The notes under the pieces are model-generated. The model did not search any database, was not told the DNA's origin, and saw nothing but the letters and a program-made list of their open reading frames with translations. This document shows positions 38,405 to 43,840 of a stretch of DNA of 43,840 nt, in pieces. The stretch is taken from contig CAJXIQ010000003.1 of assembly GCA_913054375.1 (NCBI GenBank), positions 1 to 43,840 of the forward strand. Reading direction: 5' to 3'. The stretch's first letter is position 1; every line of letters starts with the position of its first letter. This DNA comes from an uncultured Bacteroidota bacterium (GTDB lineage Bacteria > Bacteroidota > Bacteroidia > NS11-12g > UBA9320). Made by a program: the position numbers and the translations under genes.

Positions 38405-40121
38405 GTCGGGCATCTTTCAGCATTAGTTGAATAGAACGATTACCCCGAAAAATATTTTCATTAATCTGAAAGCAAGCTTCAAAAGAGCTTGCTTTTTTAA
38501 TATCTGCCAGTTTATCTGCCATGCCAAAACCTACCGCAGCAAGTGAGTCATTGTCCCGCTTTATATTAAGCCGTATGTGCTCTTTAGTCTTACCTATTAT
38601 CTTACCCGATCCATCATCTTTTAAGCCACTGGCAAAGAACACTGGTGTCATGTTTGCAGGACCAAATGGAGCCATTTTATTCACTATAGATAGCATTTTA
38701 TCGTCAACAGATGCTATGTCCATCTCAGCATCATAATACACTTTTGGGATTAGCATTTCTGGAGTGAGCATCTCCTCGCCCACTTTTTCAAAGGCTTCTC
38801 TAAAGGCATCTAGGTTCTCTATTTTCATCGTCATACCTGCGGCATACATATGCCCACCAAACTGTTCCAGATGCTGACTACACTTTTCCAAAGCTGCATG
38901 CACGTCAAACCCTTTAACACTTCTTGCACTACCAGCCAGCATACCATCTCCACTTTTGGTAAGAATTATCGTTGGTCTATAGTACAACTCAATTGCTCTA
39001 CTTGCTGCTATACCTACTACCCCCTTATGCCAATCCTCTTTATAAAAGACATGCGTCTTATGCTTGAGTAAGTCGCTGTTGTTTGCTATTATCTCCTGAA
39101 AGTCTGCTGTTATTTTCTGATCAACTAGTTTTCGTGTTTCATTCTGTGTTTGCAGCTCACTGGCATACTTATTCGCCGTATCCACATTTTCGGCTATTAA
39201 CATTCTTACCGCACTTTTAGCATCGTCCATACGCCCTGCTGCGTTAATTCTAGGCCCTAAATAAAACACCAAGTCACTTATACTTAGCTCCTCCTTATTC
39301 ACAGAAACCTCTATCAGCTTTTGTAGTCCTATTCGAGGTTGCTGGTTGATTATCTTGAGCCCAAAGTGAGCGATGATTCTATTTTCATCCACTATAGGTA
39401 CTATATCACTGGCTACACTCAACGTAGCAAAATCGAGGTACTGCAGGTACTCTCGCTCGTCCAAACCATTCACTTGGCTATACGCTTGAGCTAGTTTTAA
39501 TCCTATGCCACACCCCGCTAGTTCTTTGAATGGATAATCGCAATCACCTCGTTTAGGGTCAAGTACAGCGGCGGCAGCTGGTATTTCTTTGCCCGGCAAG
39601 TGATGGTCACAGATAATAAAATCTATCCCTAACGAGGTAGCATACTCAATCTTATCCATACTCCTTATGCCACAATCGAGCGCTATAATAAGACTCAAAC
39701 CATTTGCCTTGGCATAGTCTATACCATCCGTACTTATTCCGTAACCCTCCTTGTATCTATCCGGTATATAATAGTCAATCGTATCAAATTTATCCTTAAA
39801 AAAAGAATACGCCAATGCTACAGAAGTAGTCCCATCCACATCATAGTCTCCAAAGATTAAGACCCCTTCGTTCTTCTCTTGAGCCAGGTGAATCCGTTCT
39901 ATGGCTTTATCCATGTCCCTCATTAGAAAAGGATCATGCATATCGCCTATTCTCGGATTAAAGAATTTCTTTACCTTATCAGAAGAATCTATTCCTCGCT
40001 GCACGAGCATTTCTGCAATTAGTTTAGGAGCATTGAGCTCACTCCTTAATACGTCCACCAGTGCTTGGTCTGGCGCAGACTTCTGTTTCCAGATCTTTTG
40101 TTTGATGTTTGATTCACTCAT
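38388..40121 (-). CDS. recJ: Single-stranded-DNA exonuclease RecJ
   Basis: GDYDVDG, EGYG, DCG, DHH, PRINAAGR, GSARS and FGGH motifs. Confidence 0.97.
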   Translation of the reverse strand: MSESNIKQKIWKQKSAPDQALVDVLRSELNAPKLIAEMLVQRGIDSSDKVKKFFNPRIGDMHDPFLMRDMDKAIERIHLAQEKNEGVLIFGDYDVDGTTSVALAYSFFKDKFDTIDYYIPDRYKEGYGISTDGIDYAKANGLSLIIALDCGIRSMDKIEYATSLGIDFIICDHHLPGKEIPAAAAVLDPKRGDCDYPFKELAGCGIGLKLAQAYSQVNGLDEREYLQYLDFATLSVASDIVPIVDENRIIAHFGLKIINQQPRIGLQKLIEVSVNKEELSISDLVFYLGPRINAAGRMDDAKSAVRMLIAENVDTANKYASELQTQNETRKLVDQKITADFQEIIANNSDLLKHKTHVFYKEDWHKGVVGIAASRAIELYYRPTIILTKSGDGMLAGSARSVKGFDVHAALEKCSQHLEQFGGHMYAAGMTMKIENLDAFREAFEKVGEEMLTPEMLIPKVYYDAEMDIASVDDKMLSIVNKMAPFGPANMTPVFFASGLKDDGSGKIIGKTKEHIRLNIKRDNDSLAAVGFGMADKLADIKKASSFEACFQINENIFRGNRSIQLMLKDARPTIDA

Positions 40122-40366
40122 GATTTTATGACCACCTTTCTTACTTAATTTCTACCGAGTATCTGTGCATTGTATACCTCAGCAATTTACGGAAACCAAA
40201 CACAGTCATTCTTATTTTAAAGTTTTTCTGCAGTGCAACACCGCTGTTGTGTGAATTTAAGTCAGAAGTATCACTAACGCTTCTTTCCAAAAACCCGAAG
40301 AGCCTAAGCATGGGTCTGTCTGGTCACAACCGCTTGCTGTCTAACGTCTGGTAGGCTTATCGAGAG

Positions 40367-41287
40367 TTATACGTTGATCTCCACTTGAGAGATATCAATA
40401 AACTGCTGTACTCTATCATTTATCTCCCTATTGCTTAAGTTCACTATTCTCTCTGTACCAAATTTTTCTACACAGAAGCTAGCCATAGCACTGCCGTGTA
40501 TAACCGCACGCTTCATATTCTCAAAAGAAATATCATCTGTTTTGGCAAGATAACCAATAAATCCTCCAGCAAAAGTATCGCCAGCACCCGTTGGGTCAAA
40601 TACCGATTCTAGTGGTAAAGCAGGACAGAAATACACCTTATCCCCTTGAAATAACAAAGCGCCATGCTCCCCTTTTTTAATGATAAGGTACTTAGGACCC
40701 ATGGTCATTATTTTCTTCGCCGCTGTTACAAGTGCATACTCACCACTTAGCTGACGAGCCTCCTCATCATTTATGATTAGCACATCCACCATTGCTATAG
40801 TTTTATCCAGTTCCTCACGCGCTATATCCATCCAAAAATTCATGGTATCCATAGCTATAAGCTTTGGCTTGTTCTCCATACGTTCTATCACCTTGCGCTG
40901 CACATCAGGAGATAAGTTTCCTAGCATTACATAGTCACTACTCTGGTAACTGGCTGGAATAGTCGGGTCAAAATGTTCCAAAACATTCAGCTCCGTTACT
41001 AGCGTATCGCGACTATTCATATCATTATGATATTTCCCACTCCAAAAAAACGATTTTTCGTCCTCCTTCACTTGTAGGCCTTCGGTATCTACACCATGAT
41101 CCTGTAACAGTTTAATATCTTCCTTCGGAAAATCTCCTCCGACTACAGCTACTAGATTCACCTGCTGGGCCAAGTAACTGCTGCTGAGCGCTATATATGT
41201 AGCTGCTCCGCCTATTATTTTATCTGTTTTGCCAAATGGCGTCTCTATGGCATCAAAGGCCACACTTCCTATTACTAATAAACTCAT
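40367..41287 (-). CDS. PfkB family carbohydrate/nucleoside kinase
   Basis: GSVAFD, GGAATY, NDEEA, KKGEHGA and DPTGAGDTFAGG motifs. Start refined to ATG 41287, 5 nt after a TACCTTTG -7 element (41293-41300). Confidence 0.92.
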   Translation of the reverse strand: MSLLVIGSVAFDAIETPFGKTDKIIGGAATYIALSSSYLAQQVNLVAVVGGDFPKEDIKLLQDHGVDTEGLQVKEDEKSFFWSGKYHNDMNSRDTLVTELNVLEHFDPTIPASYQSSDYVMLGNLSPDVQRKVIERMENKPKLIAMDTMNFWMDIAREELDKTIAMVDVLIINDEEARQLSGEYALVTAAKKIMTMGPKYLIIKKGEHGALLFQGDKVYFCPALPLESVFDPTGAGDTFAGGFIGYLAKTDDISFENMKRAVIHGSAMASFCVEKFGTERIVNLSNREINDRVQQFIDISQVEINV

Positions 41288-41464
41288 TGGTACAAAGGTA
41301 CGATTTTGAAAACCACAAATGTTGAAATTCCAAATCCTGATATTCACTACTTGTTAAGTATACGTAGTATGATACTTGTATGTGTTCCCTCATATATCAG
41401 TAGTTCAAAACGCATAAATTATCAATGCTATTAAATCTGCATTTCGCATCTTACATTCGCATCG

Positions 41465-42226
41465 ATGAATTTGAACGAAATCGCAAAAACACTTGACAAA
41501 GCTGCTGCTACAGCCAAAGCTACAGCACAAATAAGCAATACCAAAAACTTTACTGAAGACGAAGCATACGAGATACAAAGACTATCGCTCGAAGAGCGGT
41601 ACACCCGCGGCGAACAATTCACCGGGCTCAAGCTTGGATTTACCTCATTTGCCAAAATGGAACAAATGGGTGTGCACGACATGATATGGGGCAGACTAAC
41701 GGATGCAATGCACTACAAAAGCGGAGACGAATTACCCTTAGAAAAGTTCATCCACCCGAGAGCAGAGCCAGAAATAGCCTTTTTATTAAAAAAAGATCTT
41801 GACAGAGAAATATCACTCGAAGAGATACCTGAGTTCATACACGCATGTGCTCCAGCCATAGAAGTGATCGATTCACGGTATGAAAATTTCAAATTTTCGC
41901 TAGAAGATGTAATCGCAGACAATTGCTCCTCTTCTGCATTTGTAGTGGGAGCATGGCAACCACTGCCAGCATCGCTCAATAATTTAGAGATAAGCCTGTC
42001 TTTTGACAAAGAAGTACAACAAAGCGACAGTAGTAATGCCATATTAGACAACCCTTATTTATCTATTTGCAATGCCTCTAGACTCGCAGTAAAATACAAG
42101 CAATCCTTCAAAGCAGGAGAAATACTTCTAGCTGGAGCAGCTACTCCTGCAGTTTTCATCGAAAAAGGTAAAAAAATAACTGCTAAAGTGGCGTCTTTAG
42201 GAAGTTGTACCCTACTCCCAAAATAA
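41465..42226 (+). CDS. FAH-superfamily 4-oxalocrotonate decarboxylase / 2-keto-4-pentenoate hydratase-like enzyme
   Basis: AYEIQ, GLKLGFTSFAKMEQMGV, HPRAEPEIAF, EVIDSR and VIADN motifs. Confidence 0.82.
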   Translation: MNLNEIAKTLDKAAATAKATAQISNTKNFTEDEAYEIQRLSLEERYTRGEQFTGLKLGFTSFAKMEQMGVHDMIWGRLTDAMHYKSGDELPLEKFIHPRAEPEIAFLLKKDLDREISLEEIPEFIHACAPAIEVIDSRYENFKFSLEDVIADNCSSSAFVVGAWQPLPASLNNLEISLSFDKEVQQSDSSNAILDNPYLSICNASRLAVKYKQSFKAGEILLAGAATPAVFIEKGKKITAKVASLGSCTLLPK

Positions 42227-42322
42227 ATATCAAAAAGTATTTTTCGTTTCAAGTAAAAATCTATTTTTGCACTCGCTTTTGAAAGGAGAGAAGAGATTCA
42301 CAGCCGACATAAAGCAACAGAT

Positions 42323-42396
42323 GCCTTCATAGCTCAGCTGGTTAGAGCGGTTGACTGTTAATCAATAGGTCCCTGGTTCGAGTCCAGGTGAGGGCG
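42323..42396 (+). tRNA. tRNA-Asn (GTT)
   Basis: Acceptor GCCTTCA/TGAGGGC, D arm AGCTCAGCTGGTTAGAGC, anticodon arm GTTGA-CTGTTAA-TCAAT, T arm CCTGG-TTCGAGT-CCAGG. CCA not encoded. TATTTTTG -7 element at 42262-42269. Confidence 0.97.
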
Positions 42397-42406
42397 CATT
42401 TACCAG

Positions 42407-42436
42407 AAAGGTTCACAGCAATGTGAACCTTTTTTT
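42407..42436 (+). terminator. Intrinsic terminator after tRNA-Asn
   Basis: AAAGGTTCACA-GCAA-TGTGAACCTTT followed by a T tract. Confidence 0.9.
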
Positions 42437-42554
42437 ATTTACACACGTAAGAGCTCCAGAATTATCTTTTCGCTCTTCTATACCAAAAAACCACACGCCC
42501 ATTCCCCATCTAAACCAATTAAAATATTTCCTTTGCTTAAACGTTGATTCTACA

Positions 42555-43840
42555 ATGAAGCTTTTTAGCAAATACATTCTTCTGGTGATAGGCATTTACC
42601 TTACAATGACCGCTTGCCGTAAAGAGCAATTCACCACCAGTGGCGCAGATAGTGTAACAGTAAATTCAGACACCCTTTGGTTTGACACTGTATTCACAAG
42701 AGCAAAAATTGGAGTCCCACTTTCTGTAAACAAGCAGATCATTGTAAAAAACCCTTCCAAAAAGAGTATTCGTACTCACATTACCCTTGCAGGGGGAGCA
42801 CAATCTCACTTTAGGCTCAATGTAGATGGAGAGCCCGGACATACGTTTCAAAATGTAGAGATATTTCCCGAAGACAGTGTCTTCCTATTTGTAGAGGTAC
42901 ACCCAGACCCCAATAACAATAACCCTGAATTTAATCCGCTTATTATTCGAGACTCTTTACTTTTTAATACAAATGGTAATGAAAGTAAAACAATACTCAT
43001 AGGCTGGGGACAAGACGCTCACTATATTTTTCGCGATAGCATAGAAACCGATACCACATGGAGAGACACAAAACTCCCCATCGTAGTGTACGGCTATTGC
43101 TATGTAAAACCTGACGTACAGCTTACCATAGAAAAAGGAGTACAGGTGCACTTTGCTCCGAGAAGCTGGCTGTTTGTAGAAGGCAAGCTAGACATAAGAG
43201 GATCTAAGGAAGAACCTGTACTAATGCAAGGAGATAGGCTACAACCGGAGTGGGAAGAACGCGCTGGCCAATGGGGAGGCATCTGGATAAGCCACCCGAG
43301 CTACGGCAGTACAATAGAACACGCTACTATTAAAAACGGAACTGTGGGTGTCTATTGCGACTCTACTCCTGGACTAGACGGCGAACGAAACGTAACCCTA
43401 AGCAAAACCATGATACGCAACATGAGTTTTGACGGTATAAGTGGTAAAGGAAGTACCCTATATGCAGAAAACTGCGTAAGCACCAACTGCGGCAGATTCA
43501 CCTTCTTGGGAAATGAAGGGGGTGACTATACCCTCATCCATAATACCTTTTATACTGGCAGTAAAGACTTCAGCCGTCAAAATCCAACATTTGCCTACTT
43601 AAGTACACGCAGAGACCCACTTACCAATGCCATCTTGCAACGGTATACACTCAAATTTAACTTTCTGAACAACATCATCGATGGTATAAATAGCGAAGGA
43701 GAAATACTCGGAGATTTGGAAGGCACCATAGAAGCTCCATCTGTGGTAGATTATAATGTATTGCGTAGCGAAGACAACTTCTATTTTGGCTCGGGGTCTA
43801 ATAATATTCGAAAAGAAGGGGAAAAACTCTTTATAGATGC
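42555..43840 (+). CDS. Lipoprotein with Ig-like N-terminus and right-handed beta-helix repeats (runs off window end)
   Basis: Not in ORF track. Manual translation MKLFSKYILLVIGIYLTMTA-CRKE...DTLWFDTVFT...FRLNVDG...WGQDAH...LTIEKGVQVHF...GQWGGIW; open to the window end. Confidence 0.82.
   Translation, partial: MKLFSKYILLVIGIYLTMTACRKEQFTTSGADSVTVNSDTLWFDTVFTRAKIGVPLSVNKQIIVKNPSKKSIRTHITLAGGAQSHFRLNVDGEPGHTFQNVEIFPEDSVFLFVEVHPDPNNNNPEFNPLIIRDSLLFNTNGNESKTILIGWGQDAHYIFRDSIETDTTWRDTKLPIVVYGYCYVKPDVQLTIEKGVQVHFAPRSWLFVEGKLDIRGSKEEPVLMQGDRLQPEWEERAGQWGGIWISHPSYGSTIEHATIKNGTVGVYCDSTPGLDGERNVTLSKTMIRNMSFDGISGKGSTLYAENCVSTNCGRFTFLGNEGGDYTLIHNTFYTGSKDFSRQNPTFAYLSTRRDPLTNAILQRYTLKFNFLNNIIDGINSEGEILGDLEGTIEAPSVVDYNVLRSEDNFYFGSGSNNIRKEGEKLFID

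Noticed and set aside
42323-43840. tRNA-Asn as a possible island integration site
   Set aside because: No integrase, no duplicated tRNA 3' end seen, and the downstream gene looks like a native Bacteroidota lipoprotein.
1-43840. CRISPR arrays, IS elements, prophage, defence or reverse-transcriptase systems
   Set aside because: No regularly spaced repeats and no transposase, integrase, RT or defence-nuclease ORFs recognised; nearly all space is explained by housekeeping genes.

Overview
A gene-dense, mostly housekeeping segment of a Bacteroidota chromosome. The assignment rests on many TAnnTTTG -7 promoter elements, a T9SS C-terminal-domain protein, a dcw cluster without murF and a Bacteroidota-type long PurF. 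Order: minus-strand dcw cluster (mraZ-rsmH-ftsL-ftsI-murE-mraY-murD-ftsW-murG, truncated), rlmF, a lipoprotein PNGase F homolog, rpsO-pnp, a vWA membrane protein, FNR-arsC, mscS, pheT-zapB-like-zapA-rny, a secreted FGase-like T9SS protein plus hutI, purF, aroQ, GT2 and a conserved hypothetical, GNAT, rlmD, a thioredoxin-like protein, a DUF4175-like protein, lptB, a beta-barrel OMP, recJ, a PfkB kinase, a 4-oxalocrotonate decarboxylase-like FAH protein, tRNA-Asn(GTT) and a truncated beta-helix lipoprotein missing from the ORF track. I see no mobile element, CRISPR array or defence system, and no clear multi-gene novel system. The best leads are: (1) an orphan surface PNGase F homolog bracketed by two near-identical inward-facing terminators with a compensatory base-pair change; (2) a T9SS-secreted FGase/Zn-hydrolase beside hutI; (3) a second, inverted MraZ-box array facing rlmF; (4) an AroQ with altered active-site residues; (5) a strong Shine-Dalgarno at rsmH in a phylum that mostly lacks SDs; (6) abutting divergent -7 promoters for purF/aroQ. 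All family calls come from motif recognition, not database searches.
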